64,000 nucleotides of DNA from Burkholderiales bacterium (GTDB lineage Bacteria > Pseudomonadota > Gammaproteobacteria > Burkholderiales > Burkholderiaceae_C). Position 1 is the first letter of the stretch; every line of letters starts with the position of its first letter. The stretch covers positions 46,994 through 110,993 of the forward strand of contig JANPCX010000040.1 in NCBI GenBank assembly GCA_031431125.1. Direction: 5' to 3'. Of this stretch, positions 49,701 through 59,122 are shown piece after piece. Below the pieces are notes generated by a model, which was not told the origin of the DNA, did no database searches, and saw only the letters and a list, made by a program, of their open reading frames with translations. The translations under genes and the position numbers were made by a program.

Positions 49701-52022
49701 ATGTCAATATCCTCGTCGCCTTGGGTTAGGGGTTTGCTCTGGTTAGGTGGTTGGCTCTGTGGGCTGGTCGCTGCGGGCATGCTGGCCACCCTCTTGTTGG
49801 TGACCATTGCTTTGGCGGTGGCCTATCCGAATTTGCCCGAAGTGTCCGGCTTGAGCGACTACAGGCCCAAACTGCCTCTGCGGATTTACTCTCAAGACAA
49901 CGTGCTCCTGGGTGAGTTCGGCGAAGAGCGGCGTGACTTCACACCCATTGGGCAAATTCCCAAGGTGGTCAAAGATGCCGTGCTCGCCATTGAGGACGCT
50001 CGTTTTTATTCCCACAGCGGTGTCGACTACAAGGGCATCGTGCGGGCTGGTTTCTCCCAGTTCGGTGGTATGGGTCGACAAGGCGCATCGACGATCACCA
50101 TGCAGGTGGCGAGAAACTTCTACCTTTCGAGCGAAAAAACCGTCACGCGCAAGATTTACGAGATTCTGTTGGCGCTCAAGATTGAAACTTTGCTGAGCAA
50201 GGATCAAATCTTGGAGGTCTACATGAACCAAATTTTCTTGGGTCAGCGAGCCTACGGATTTGCATCGGCAGCAGACATTTATTTTGGCAAGTCGTTAAAG
50301 GAGCTGACCGTTGCCGAAGCAGCCATGCTCGCGGGATTGCCCAAAGCGCCCTCGGCCTACAACCCTGTGAGCAACCCAAAACGCGCTTCGCAGCGGCAGC
50401 AATACATCATTGATCGCATGCTGGAGAACGGTTTCATCACCGCCCAGCAACACGAGGATGCGAAACAACAAGTACTGAAGTACCGCACCCAGCCTGAAGT
50501 CCCGGTGCATTCCGAGTACGTGGCCGAGGCGGCGCGTCAGTTGATCTTCAGCCAATATGGCAACGACACCTACAGCCGAGGCTTGAATGTTTACGTGACG
50601 GTCAACGCCAATGAGCAGCTTGCGGCCTACCGTGCACTGCGCAAAGGCATCATGGATTTTGAACGGCGCCAGGTTTACCGTGGCCCAGAAGCAACCGTTG
50701 AATTGCCCGCGAACACCGCAGATTTGGATGCGCGAATTGCCGAAGCCCTGGTCGAGCACCCTGACAACGACGAGCTCAAAGCCGCCGTCGTGCTTGAAGC
50801 CAACTCGCGCAAAGTGGTAGCCGTGCTGCAATCTGGTGAGAACATCACCGTCCAAGGCGAGGGCCTCAAGCCGGCAACTTCCGGCTTGGCAGACAAAGCC
50901 AACCCCAAGGTACAAATTCGCCGCGGCGCCGTCATTCGATTGATTCGCGGAAGCAAAGGTGACTGGAGCATCACACAACAACCCGAGGTCGAGGGTGCTT
51001 TTGTGGCGCTTCACCCCAATACCGGCGCCATACGCGCCATGGTGGGTGGCTTTGATTTCAACCGCAACAAGTTCAACCGGGTCACCCAAGCCTGGCGTCA
51101 ACCGGGCTCCAGTTTCAAGCCATTCATCTATTCGTCGTCGTTGGAAAAAGGCTTCACACCCAGCACCGTTATCAATGATGCGCCTTTGTTTTTCGGCGCA
51201 GACGTCACCGGCAGCCAACCATGGGAGCCGAAAAACTACGACGGCACATTCTCGGGACCGATGTCGATGCGCACAGCGCTGGCCAAATCCAAGAACATGG
51301 TGTCGATACGCATCCTGCAGTCGGTCGGAACGGGCTATGCCCAGCAATGGCTCACACGATTTGGCTTTGAAACCGCCAAACACCCTGCTTACCTGACCAT
51401 GGCCTTGGGCGCGGGCTCCGTCACGCCCATACAAATGGCTTCAGCTTATGCGGTGTTTGCCAATGGCGGCTACTTGCTCGATCCCTTGCTGATCCAAAAG
51501 GTGACCGATTCCAAAGGCCGCATCATCAGTCAAACAAAGCCTGTGGTGCTAGACGAGTCGTTGCGCACGCTGGATGCCCGAAACGCCTTCATGATGAACA
51601 GCTTGCTGCAAGAAGTGACCCGCAGCGGAACGGCAGCAAAAGCACAAGCCGCCCTCAAGCGCAGTGACATCTATGGCAAAACCGGCACCACCAATGACTC
51701 GATGGACGCGTGGTTTGGGGGATTCCAGCGCGAAGCAGTGGCTGTCGTTTGGATGGGTTACGACAACCCGCGCAAACTGGGCGACCGCGAAACCGGCGGA
51801 GGGTTGTCACTGCCGGTTTGGATTGACTACATGATGACCGCTCTAAAAGGGGTGCCCATCGCGCAAGCCACGCCACCCGAGGGCGTGGTGCAACTTGGCG
51901 GGGAGTGGTATTACCAGGAGTACTCGCAAGGCCAGGGTGTCAGCAGCTTGGGACTAGAAGACAAATTGGCACCCACTGCAGCAGAAGAGCGCAAGAGCAT
52001 TCTCGATTTGTTTTCGCGCTGA
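49701..52022 (+). CDS. mrcA: Penicillin-binding protein 1A (bifunctional transglycosylase/transpeptidase)
   Basis: 773 aa with GT51 motifs (EDARFYSHSGVD, RKIYEILLA) and transpeptidase motifs SSFKP and KTGTT. It is divergent from pilM, as in many proteobacteria. Confidence 0.93.
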   Translation: MSISSSPWVRGLLWLGGWLCGLVAAGMLATLLLVTIALAVAYPNLPEVSGLSDYRPKLPLRIYSQDNVLLGEFGEERRDFTPIGQIPKVVKDAVLAIEDARFYSHSGVDYKGIVRAGFSQFGGMGRQGASTITMQVARNFYLSSEKTVTRKIYEILLALKIETLLSKDQILEVYMNQIFLGQRAYGFASAADIYFGKSLKELTVAEAAMLAGLPKAPSAYNPVSNPKRASQRQQYIIDRMLENGFITAQQHEDAKQQVLKYRTQPEVPVHSEYVAEAARQLIFSQYGNDTYSRGLNVYVTVNANEQLAAYRALRKGIMDFERRQVYRGPEATVELPANTADLDARIAEALVEHPDNDELKAAVVLEANSRKVVAVLQSGENITVQGEGLKPATSGLADKANPKVQIRRGAVIRLIRGSKGDWSITQQPEVEGAFVALHPNTGAIRAMVGGFDFNRNKFNRVTQAWRQPGSSFKPFIYSSSLEKGFTPSTVINDAPLFFGADVTGSQPWEPKNYDGTFSGPMSMRTALAKSKNMVSIRILQSVGTGYAQQWLTRFGFETAKHPAYLTMALGAGSVTPIQMASAYAVFANGGYLLDPLLIQKVTDSKGRIISQTKPVVLDESLRTLDARNAFMMNSLLQEVTRSGTAAKAQAALKRSDIYGKTGTTNDSMDAWFGGFQREAVAVVWMGYDNPRKLGDRETGGGLSLPVWIDYMMTALKGVPIAQATPPEGVVQLGGEWYYQEYSQGQGVSSLGLEDKLAPTAAEERKSILDLFSR

Positions 52023-52038
52023 TGAAGGTCGGCCGCGT

Positions 52039-52398
52039 TCAGGCGCTCGCAGCGAACTTCAGTTCCTGTCCCGCTTGCTCGGAAGCACAAACAGACAAGG
52101 CCTCGAAAAAGTCTGTGCCGTCGCGTGTGTCGCGCCACACACCACCGACAAACTTATAGTGAAAGCCGCCCGAGCGAGCAGCGAGCCAAAGTTCGTGCAA
52201 AGGAGGTTGCGTGTTGACCACCACTTTGCTGCCGCCAGGGAAACTCAGCTCTAACAGGCCGCCGGTTCGGTGGGCATCGATGTCCACCACGTCGCTTTGC
52301 AGCCATTCGTCCACGGTGGCTTCAATTCGTGCCAACAGTGTGTCGGTGATGCGGCGGTAGTCAGCGTCGGTGAGCGGCGTGGGTTGCAAGTCAGTCAT
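52039..52398 (-). CDS. cyaY: Iron donor protein CyaY (frataxin homologue)
   Basis: ORF 52039..52413. The probable start is MTDLQ... at 52398. The conserved core is GGLLELSFPGGSKVVVNTQPPLHELWLAARSGGFHY. Confidence 0.88.
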   Translation of the reverse strand: MTDLQPTPLTDADYRRITDTLLARIEATVDEWLQSDVVDIDAHRTGGLLELSFPGGSKVVVNTQPPLHELWLAARSGGFHYKFVGGVWRDTRDGTDFFEALSVCASEQAGQELKFAASA

Positions 52399-52411
52399 TA
52401 AAATCAGCACC

Positions 52412-52642
52412 ATGAATCAATCATCAAGCAGTGTAGCCATCCCGAAAAGACCCTGGGTCCGGCGCCGTGAAGGAAGGCTGGCCGAAATCCTTTCCCTGGT
52501 GTCGCTCGTGGCTGCATTGAGTTTGCTCGGTGCCTGCGGTCAAAAAGGCCCTCTAAGCCACCCCACCAAATCCGCCAGCGCACCAAGTGCGGCGCCCGCA
52601 CCTCCAGCAGCGGCCAGCGCAGCGCCTTCGTCGCAGCGTTGA
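52412..52642 (+). CDS. lptM: Small lipoprotein, LptM (YifL)-like
   Basis: The hallmark LSLLGACGQKGPL sits opposite cyaY as in other proteobacteria, with an Ala/Pro/Ser-rich tail. The start is uncertain: the ATG at 52412 gives an unusually long 40-aa pre-Cys region and leaves only 13 nt to the cyaY start. Confidence 0.55.
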   Translation: MNQSSSSVAIPKRPWVRRREGRLAEILSLVSLVAALSLLGACGQKGPLSHPTKSASAPSAAPAPPAAASAAPSSQR

Positions 52643-52672
52643 AATCCACCCTTGTCGGCGACAATCTCGCCC

Positions 52673-54724
52673 ATGTATGTACTTTTTGAAGAGACAGGCA
52701 AGTTCCTGGCGGGCCGCATCATGTCGGAAGCAGACAGCTCGATGCAAATTGAACTCGACTCGGGCAAACGCGTTAAGGTCAAGTCAAACAGTGTGATGCT
52801 GAAGTTTGCAGCGCCTGCGCCCGCGGAATTGATTGCGGCGGCCAAACAAATTTCAAGCGACATTGATTTGGACTTGGCTTGGGAGTTCGCATCCGACGAC
52901 GAATTCGGTTTTGCCGAACTGGCGCGCGACTATTTCAGCAAAGACGCCGACCTGCCCCACCAAGCAGCCGCCCTCTTTCGGCTGTTCGATGCGCCGCATT
53001 ATTTCCGTCGCCTGGGCAAGGGGCAGTTCAAAAAAGCCCCTCAAGAGATCGTGAAGGCGGCGCTGCTCGGCATCGAGCGCAAAAAACAACTGGCAGCACA
53101 AATCGAAGCCTGGGCGCTAGAGCTGATGGCCGGCGGGTGCCCCGCGCCAGTGCGTGATCAGCTCTACAAAATTTTGTTCAAGCCCGACAAAAACGCCGCC
53201 GAATACAAGGCGGTGGTGGAAGCATCCAAACAGTCGCAGAAAGCACCGCTGGATCTGCTGACCCAAGCGGGGGCCATCACATCGCCCTACCAGTTCCACT
53301 GGAAACGTTTTCTGTTTGAGGAATTCCCCAAAGGCACCGGCTTTCCAGCCCTGCAAGCGCCAGCGATCAAAGAAACCTTGCCGCAGGCGAGTGTGCAAGC
53401 CTTCTCCATTGACGATTCTCAAACCACAGAAATTGACGATGCACTGTCGGTGCAAGGCTTGGGCACAGGCACCGTGGTGTTCGGCGTGCACATCGCCGCA
53501 CCCGGTTTGGCCATCACGCCTGACAGCCCGGTGGATAAAGTGGCCCGTGACAGGCTGTCCACGGTCTACATGCCCGGCCATAAGTTGACCATGCTGCCCG
53601 ACGATGTCGTGCAGAGTTACACCCTACAAGCCGGGCGCCACTGCCCCGCCGTGTCGCTTTACGTGACCATGGATGAAACCACACTGGCGGTGACGGGCGC
53701 GGAGACCAAGCTCGAACAAGTGTGGATCGCCGCCAACCTCAGGCATGACCAACTGGATGCCGTGGTCACGGAGAGTTCACTCACAGGCGAGTCGGCTGCC
53801 GCTTACGAATTTGCGTCCGAACTGGCCTTCGCATTTCGTTTGGCCCGACATTTGAAAGCCGCGCGCGAGGTGGTGCGGGGCAAACCAGAAAACTTCAACC
53901 GCCCTGACTACAACTTCAACCTGGAAGGCATCGAGCGCAGTGACAGCACCGAGCCCGCAGGCGACGAAATCGTTCGCATCAGCACGCGCCAGCGCGGCGC
54001 ACCGCTGGATTTGATCGTGGCCGAAGCCATGATTCTGGCCAACAGCACCTGGGGCGGTTGGCTGAACGATTGTGGGGTTCCTGGCATCTACCGCAGCCAG
54101 GCCAGCTTGGCGCCTGGCATCAAAGTTCGGATGAGCACCAAGGCCCTGCCCCATGCGGGCATGGGCGTGGCACAGTACACCTGGGCCACGTCACCGCTGC
54201 GACGTTATGTGGACTTGGTCAACCAGTGGCAAATCATTGCCTGCGCCAAACACGGCCGCACCGCCGCCTTGGTGGCGCCCTTCAAACCCAAGGACACCGC
54301 ACTCTTTGCCATCATCTCGGGTTTTGATGCGGCCTATACCGCCTACAACGGATTCCAGTCGGGCATTGAGCGTTACTGGACGCTGAAGTACCTGCAACAA
54401 AACGGCATACAGGAACTGACTGCAGCCGTCATGAAAGACGGCCTGGTGCGCGCGGATGAGTTGCCCTTGGTCTTTCGTGCGACAGGGTGCGAGGGCTTGC
54501 CGCGCAACGCACAGGTGCAGGTTCGCGTGACAGGCTGTGATTTGCTCACCCTGGATCTCCACGGGCAGCTTTTGGCCCGTTTGGACAACGAGTCCACAGA
54601 TGCCGCACCCGAGACGGAGGCCGACGACAACGACGACGCAACGGCTTCGGCGGGGGGCTTGACCCTGGCCATTGATTTGCAGGACAGTGCTGAGGCGGAG
54701 CCCGCTGCCACACCCGCCTCCTGA
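52673..54724 (+). CDS. RNB-domain exoribonuclease (RNase II family)
   Basis: ORF 52652..54724, with the likely start MYVLFEETGKF at 52673. It has an RNB motif (TTEIDDALSV), a further motif (ATSPLRRYVDL) and an acidic C-terminal tail. Confidence 0.85.
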   Translation: MYVLFEETGKFLAGRIMSEADSSMQIELDSGKRVKVKSNSVMLKFAAPAPAELIAAAKQISSDIDLDLAWEFASDDEFGFAELARDYFSKDADLPHQAAALFRLFDAPHYFRRLGKGQFKKAPQEIVKAALLGIERKKQLAAQIEAWALELMAGGCPAPVRDQLYKILFKPDKNAAEYKAVVEASKQSQKAPLDLLTQAGAITSPYQFHWKRFLFEEFPKGTGFPALQAPAIKETLPQASVQAFSIDDSQTTEIDDALSVQGLGTGTVVFGVHIAAPGLAITPDSPVDKVARDRLSTVYMPGHKLTMLPDDVVQSYTLQAGRHCPAVSLYVTMDETTLAVTGAETKLEQVWIAANLRHDQLDAVVTESSLTGESAAAYEFASELAFAFRLARHLKAAREVVRGKPENFNRPDYNFNLEGIERSDSTEPAGDEIVRISTRQRGAPLDLIVAEAMILANSTWGGWLNDCGVPGIYRSQASLAPGIKVRMSTKALPHAGMGVAQYTWATSPLRRYVDLVNQWQIIACAKHGRTAALVAPFKPKDTALFAIISGFDAAYTAYNGFQSGIERYWTLKYLQQNGIQELTAAVMKDGLVRADELPLVFRATGCEGLPRNAQVQVRVTGCDLLTLDLHGQLLARLDNESTDAAPETEADDNDDATASAGGLTLAIDLQDSAEAEPAATPAS

Positions 54725-54745
54725 GTTCATCACAGCGACCACGCG

Positions 54746-55627
54746 ATGTCCTTCTTCAAGCGTTTCAGCACCCTGCAGCTAGCCCTTGGTTTTTCGTTTG
54801 GGCTGCACGCCTTGCTGGCATTCGCTCGATTCGCCAACCCGGAAGGATTCAACCGTGTGTTCCAGGACACGCCGCTGGAGGTGATTCTGGTCAATGCCCG
54901 CTCATCCGAAGCGCCGCCCCAGGCGCAGGCCATTGCACAAGCCAACCTCACGGGTGGTGGCGAGGTCGAGCGTGGCCGTGCGACTTCTCCTTTACCGCCC
55001 GCACCCACGATGACCTTGGGCAACGCGGAGGAAGACGCCAAACGCCAGGTCGAGCAGTTGCAGCAAGCGCAACAGCAGTTGCTCGCCCAACTCAGGCGCG
55101 ACCTGGCCCTGCTGCCACCGCCAGACCCCAAACAAGACAAAGGCTCGCCGCAAGACACGGCCCTGGAGGACAAACGGCGCAAGTTGGTGGAGTTGTTGGC
55201 CGAGATAGAAAAACGCGTCAACGAGGAAAATTCTCGCCCGAAAAAACGATATGTCAGTCCCGCCACGCGAGAAGAAATTTACGCCCAGTACTACGACCAG
55301 TTGCGCAGGAAGATCGAAGATCGCGGCACTCGCAACTTCCCCACCCACCAAGGTCGGAAAATTTATGGCGAACTGACGATGAACATCACAGTGGACGCGA
55401 CGGGGCGTGTGGTGGAAACCGAAATTGTCCGTTCGTCCAAATCCAAGGTGCTGGATCGCCAAGCCGTCGCCATCGTGATGGCAGCCTCTCCGTTTCTCAA
55501 CTTTCCCGCCAAGATGCGCGGGCAAGCGGACCAGTTGGTGTTGACTTCACGATTTCGCTTTAGCCGAGAGGATGGCATGGAAGCCATTCCGCTTGCGCCC
55601 GTGCTTTCTGGCACAACACCGCCATGA
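54746..55627 (+). CDS. TonB-family energy transducer-like protein
   Basis: 293 aa with an N-terminal TM, a Pro/Gln-rich coiled region and a TonB_C-like end (GELTMNITVDATGRVVETEIVRSSKSKVLDRQAVAIV). Confidence 0.7.
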   Translation: MSFFKRFSTLQLALGFSFGLHALLAFARFANPEGFNRVFQDTPLEVILVNARSSEAPPQAQAIAQANLTGGGEVERGRATSPLPPAPTMTLGNAEEDAKRQVEQLQQAQQQLLAQLRRDLALLPPPDPKQDKGSPQDTALEDKRRKLVELLAEIEKRVNEENSRPKKRYVSPATREEIYAQYYDQLRRKIEDRGTRNFPTHQGRKIYGELTMNITVDATGRVVETEIVRSSKSKVLDRQAVAIVMAASPFLNFPAKMRGQADQLVLTSRFRFSREDGMEAIPLAPVLSGTTPP

Positions 55628-56487
55628 ATCTGCCAGCAGCTGACCGCTACGCCGTGGCCGGTAACCCGGTCGCACACAGCCAGTCCCCCTATATCCACCA
55701 GCAGTTCGCACAACAAACCGGGCAACTGCTCCGGTATGAACGTTTGTTGTGCCCGCTGGAGGCGTTCTCCAGCACCGTCCAAACTTTTGCGAACAGCGTT
55801 GAAGATGGTGCCGTCGCACGCGGCTGCAATGTCACGGTCCCGTTCAAGTTTGAGGCGTTCACATTGGCCCATTCGCACACCCCACGCGCTCGTTTGGCTG
55901 GTGCCGCCAACACCTTGCGTTTTGACAAGGGCGGCTGGCTTGCGGACAACACCGATGGTGCTGGCCTGGTCCGCGACATTCAATACAACGCGGGCGTTCC
56001 GCTGGCGGCTGCCAAGGTGTTGTTGATAGGCGCAGGCGGTGCGGCGGCAGGAGCGCTTGGCGCCCTCTTGGCAGAACGGCCGCACACACTCGTCGTGACC
56101 AACCGCTCCTTGGACAAAGCACAAGCCCTCAACCAGAGCCACCAAACCTGGGCTGACGACCATGGCGTGCAACTGCACGCACAGCCGCTCAAACACTGCG
56201 GCGAACAATTTGATGTCGTCATCAACGCCAGCAGCAGCAGTTTGCAAAGCGGCGAGATTCCCGTTGCTGCCAGCGTATTGCGGCCAGGCGGCTTGGCCCT
56301 GGACATGATGTACGGCCCCGCAGCCCAAGGATTCATTCAATGGGCACACCAACACGGTGCACAGGGCCGCGATGGCCTGGGCATGTTGGTGGAACAGGCC
56401 GCCGAAGCCTTCAGTTTGTGGCGCGGTGTTCAGCCGCAAACCGCACCCGTGCTGGCATCGTTGCGCGCCAAGTTGGCAGCACCATGA
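55624..56487 (+). CDS. aroE: Shikimate dehydrogenase
   Basis: 287 aa starting YAVAGNPVAHSQSPYIH, with NVTVPFK, NTDGAG and GAGGAA motifs. Its ATG overlaps the upstream TGA. Confidence 0.9.
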   Translation: MNLPAADRYAVAGNPVAHSQSPYIHQQFAQQTGQLLRYERLLCPLEAFSSTVQTFANSVEDGAVARGCNVTVPFKFEAFTLAHSHTPRARLAGAANTLRFDKGGWLADNTDGAGLVRDIQYNAGVPLAAAKVLLIGAGGAAAGALGALLAERPHTLVVTNRSLDKAQALNQSHQTWADDHGVQLHAQPLKHCGEQFDVVINASSSSLQSGEIPVAASVLRPGGLALDMMYGPAAQGFIQWAHQHGAQGRDGLGMLVEQAAEAFSLWRGVQPQTAPVLASLRAKLAAP

Positions 56488-57242
56488 ATGCCGCGGCGCT
56501 TGCCTTGATGCGCCTCTTGGGCGTCTTTTTGCTCGCTGCCCTGGCGTTGCAGCTTTATTTTTTTCTGCGCATCGCCATGATGACGGTCGTCGCGCCTGAA
56601 TCGACCACCTTCGAGCGATCCGAGCTGGTGCGATTGGCGGTAGAGAAAAAACTCGCCTTCACCTGGCAACAAAGCTGGGTGCCTTACAACGGCATTTCCA
56701 CTCAACTCAAACGTGCCGTCATCGCGTCTGAGGATGCCAAGTTCGCCGACCACAGCGGCGTGGAGTGGGACGCGATCGAAAAAGCCTGGGAGCGCAACAT
56801 CAAAGCGCAGGAGTGGGCCGACAAACGCAACGAGCAACTCGAAAAGCGCCCGACGCCGGTCAAGGTTGAGGCCAAAGTGGTCGGTGGCTCCACCATCACC
56901 CAACAACTGGCAAAAAACCTTTTTCTCAGTGGTGAACGCAACCTTGCCCGCAAGGCGCAAGAGTTTTTGATCACCGGCATGCTGGAAACGGTGCTCACCA
57001 AACAACGTATCTTAGAGATTTACCTCAACCATGTGGAATGGGGTGAAGGTGTTTTCGGTGCACAAGCAGCTGCGCAGCACTACTTCCGACAAAACGCAGC
57101 ACAACTTTCAACCATGGCAGCTGCCCGCATGGCGGTCATGTTGCCCGCCCCCAAACGGTTCGAAAAACGACCTCAATCAGCCTATGTGAATGGCCGCGCC
57201 GGCACGGTCGCCGCACGAATGAACGCGGTGGAAGTCCCGTGA
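56484..57242 (+). CDS. mtgA: Monofunctional biosynthetic peptidoglycan transglycosylase
   Basis: ORF 56340..57242. The ATG at 56484 overlaps the aroE TGA. It has a TM anchor and GT51 motifs (EDAKFADHSGVEW, GGSTITQQLAKN, RILEIYLN). Confidence 0.9.
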   Translation: MNAAALALMRLLGVFLLAALALQLYFFLRIAMMTVVAPESTTFERSELVRLAVEKKLAFTWQQSWVPYNGISTQLKRAVIASEDAKFADHSGVEWDAIEKAWERNIKAQEWADKRNEQLEKRPTPVKVEAKVVGGSTITQQLAKNLFLSGERNLARKAQEFLITGMLETVLTKQRILEIYLNHVEWGEGVFGAQAAAQHYFRQNAAQLSTMAAARMAVMLPAPKRFEKRPQSAYVNGRAGTVAARMNAVEVP

Positions 57243-57850
57243 ACGCCTCATTGCTCGCCCAAGAGATTGCCGCCACTGCCGCCCGCCTCGTGGTGGAAGA
57301 AGGCATGGAGTACGGCCCCGCCAAGCGCCGTGCGGCCAAAGCATTGGGGCACAGTGGCAACCGCAAGGCTGAGCTGCCCAGCAATCAATTGCTGGAAGAA
57401 CAGGTGCGCGAGTACCTGGCTTTGTTCTGTGCCGACAGCCAGCCTGCTGAGCTAGTCGCGCTGCGCGAGGTGGCTTTGGTGTGGATGGACAGGCTCGCTG
57501 AGTTTCGCCCCCACCTCACTGGCGCCGTGTGGCGAGGCACGGCAACACGACTGAATTCCGTGCATTTGCAGCTGTTTTGCGACGACAGCAAAACCGCTGA
57601 AATTGAACTGCTGAATCAAAAAATCAGCTACGACGTGGGCAGCATCGACGGTCCGCGCGGTCAACCCGTGGATGTGCTCACCTTGGCCTGGCCAAGTAGC
57701 GCCCTGGGCGAGCCAGTCACCTTGCATTTGTCCATCTTGGACCATGACGACCTGCGCGGCGGCCTCAAACCTGATGCCGATCGCCAAACCCAACGCGGCG
57801 ATGCCGTGGCCCTGCGCCGCCAGATGGCCGCAACCAACGGACCGCCATGA
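57239..57850 (+). CDS. Conserved-looking hypothetical protein (203 aa)
   Basis: Its GTG overlaps the mtgA TGA and its stop overlaps the next ATG. The composition is balanced. No family recognised. Confidence 0.55.
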   Translation: MNASLLAQEIAATAARLVVEEGMEYGPAKRRAAKALGHSGNRKAELPSNQLLEEQVREYLALFCADSQPAELVALREVALVWMDRLAEFRPHLTGAVWRGTATRLNSVHLQLFCDDSKTAEIELLNQKISYDVGSIDGPRGQPVDVLTLAWPSSALGEPVTLHLSILDHDDLRGGLKPDADRQTQRGDAVALRRQMAATNGPP

Positions 57851-58374
57851 AACGCCGTCATCTCACAACCGGACTGGTCGCGACCGCGGCAGCAGCCAGC
57901 GGCCTGGGCTGGGCCTGGTGGCATCGATCAACGGCGCTGTCCACTGCAGCCAGTGAGCTGCCGTGGTGGCACACACGTTTTGAGCAACCCCAAGGCGGGG
58001 ACCTGGCTTTGGCCGACTTTCAAGGTCAGGTGCTGGTGGTCAATTTCTGGGCAACCTGGTGCCCCCCTTGCGTTGAAGAAATGCCGCTATTGGACGCCTT
58101 TGCGCGACAACAGCTTTCAAAAGGATGGCAAGTCGTCGGGCTAGCGCTGGACAACATCAGCGCCGTACAGTCTTTCCTGAAGCGTGTTCCGGTTGGTTTT
58201 CCTGTGGCCATCGCAGGACTGCCTGGTTTGGACTTCAGCCGTCAGTTGGGCAACATTGGCGGTCAATTGCCCTTTACTGCCGCGTGGGATACGCAAGGTG
58301 TACTGAAACAGGTGAAATTGGGGCCACTGAAACAGAGCGATCTGAACGACTGGGCAAACAGAGGTTGGCATTGA
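57847..58374 (+). CDS. TlpA-family periplasmic thiol-disulfide oxidoreductase
   Basis: 175 aa with a Tat/Sec-like N-terminus (MKRRHLTTGLVATAAAASGLG) and the thioredoxin motif WATWCPPCVEEMP. Confidence 0.85.
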   Translation: MKRRHLTTGLVATAAAASGLGWAWWHRSTALSTAASELPWWHTRFEQPQGGDLALADFQGQVLVVNFWATWCPPCVEEMPLLDAFARQQLSKGWQVVGLALDNISAVQSFLKRVPVGFPVAIAGLPGLDFSRQLGNIGGQLPFTAAWDTQGVLKQVKLGPLKQSDLNDWANRGWH

Positions 58375-58641
58375 TGTTCAGCCAGGACCTGAAAACGGCA
58401 AAATTCAGGCCATGGAATTAAATTCCCGTCAACCGCTGTGATTTGCACTCAAGTCGACATAAACTGCGCGCCTCTTGACACACAGAATGTCACAAAGTGG
58501 GTGCGGGATGGGTTTGATGGTGCGTTGTCATAACCAGCGCCTTCCTTGCCGATCGCTACAAGGTGAGCCCGTGTTTCGTGCATGGCCCCAGTTTTGCCCC
58601 TCAACAAAAAACCGTTGTTCGTATTTCGTTGGAGACCTTTG

Positions 58642-59100
58642 ATGGACCTGCGCAAACTCAAAACACTGATCGACCTGGTTTCTGAATCCAATATCTCTGA
58701 GCTTGAAATCACCGAAGCGGACGGCAAAGTCCGTATTGTGAAATCCGATCCGGCTGCGGCTGTGGCGGCACCCATTTATGCCCCCACGGCGGCGGCACCC
58801 GTTCCTGCCCCTGTTCTGACCGCACCCGTTGCCGATGTGGCAGCACCCGCGCCTGTGGTTGATGCCGGGCATGCGGTGAAGTCTCCGATGGTCGGCACCT
58901 TTTATCGCTCGTCCAGTCCGGGCTCCAAATCGTTTGTTGAGATCGGCTCGGTGGTGAAAGAGGGCGAACCCATTTGCATCATTGAAGCCATGAAGATCAT
59001 GAACGAGATCGAAGCCGACAAGTCAGGCACGGTCACCAAGATCAATTGCGAAAACGGCCAAGCAGTGGAGTTTGGCCAGCCTTTGATGATCATTGAATGA
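58642..59100 (+). CDS. accB: Acetyl-CoA carboxylase biotin carboxyl carrier protein
   Basis: ORF 58582..59100. The ATG at 58642 follows GGAG. It has the N-terminus [13 protein letters not shown], an Ala/Pro linker and the biotinylation motif EAMKIMNEI. Confidence 0.93.
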   Translation: MDLRKLKTLIDLVSESNISELEITEADGKVRIVKSDPAAAVAAPIYAPTAAAPVPAPVLTAPVADVAAPAPVVDAGHAVKSPMVGTFYRSSSPGSKSFVEIGSVVKEGEPICIIEAMKIMNEIEADKSGTVTKINCENGQAVEFGQPLMIIE

Positions 59101-59122
59101 CGGGTGACTGAGCGCCTGACCT

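Noticed and set aside
50295-51434. 379-codon ORF antisense to mrcA
   Set aside because: Shadow ORF. The PBP1A frame carries the GT51 and SxxK/KTG motifs.
55363-56439. 358-codon ORF antisense to the TonB-like and aroE genes
   Set aside because: It spans two plus-strand genes that each have clear family motifs, and it shows no motif of its own.
58475-58480. TTGACA hexamer upstream of accB as a -35 box
   Set aside because: The sequence 17 nt downstream (TGGGTG) is not a credible -10, so I cannot support a promoter call from sequence alone.
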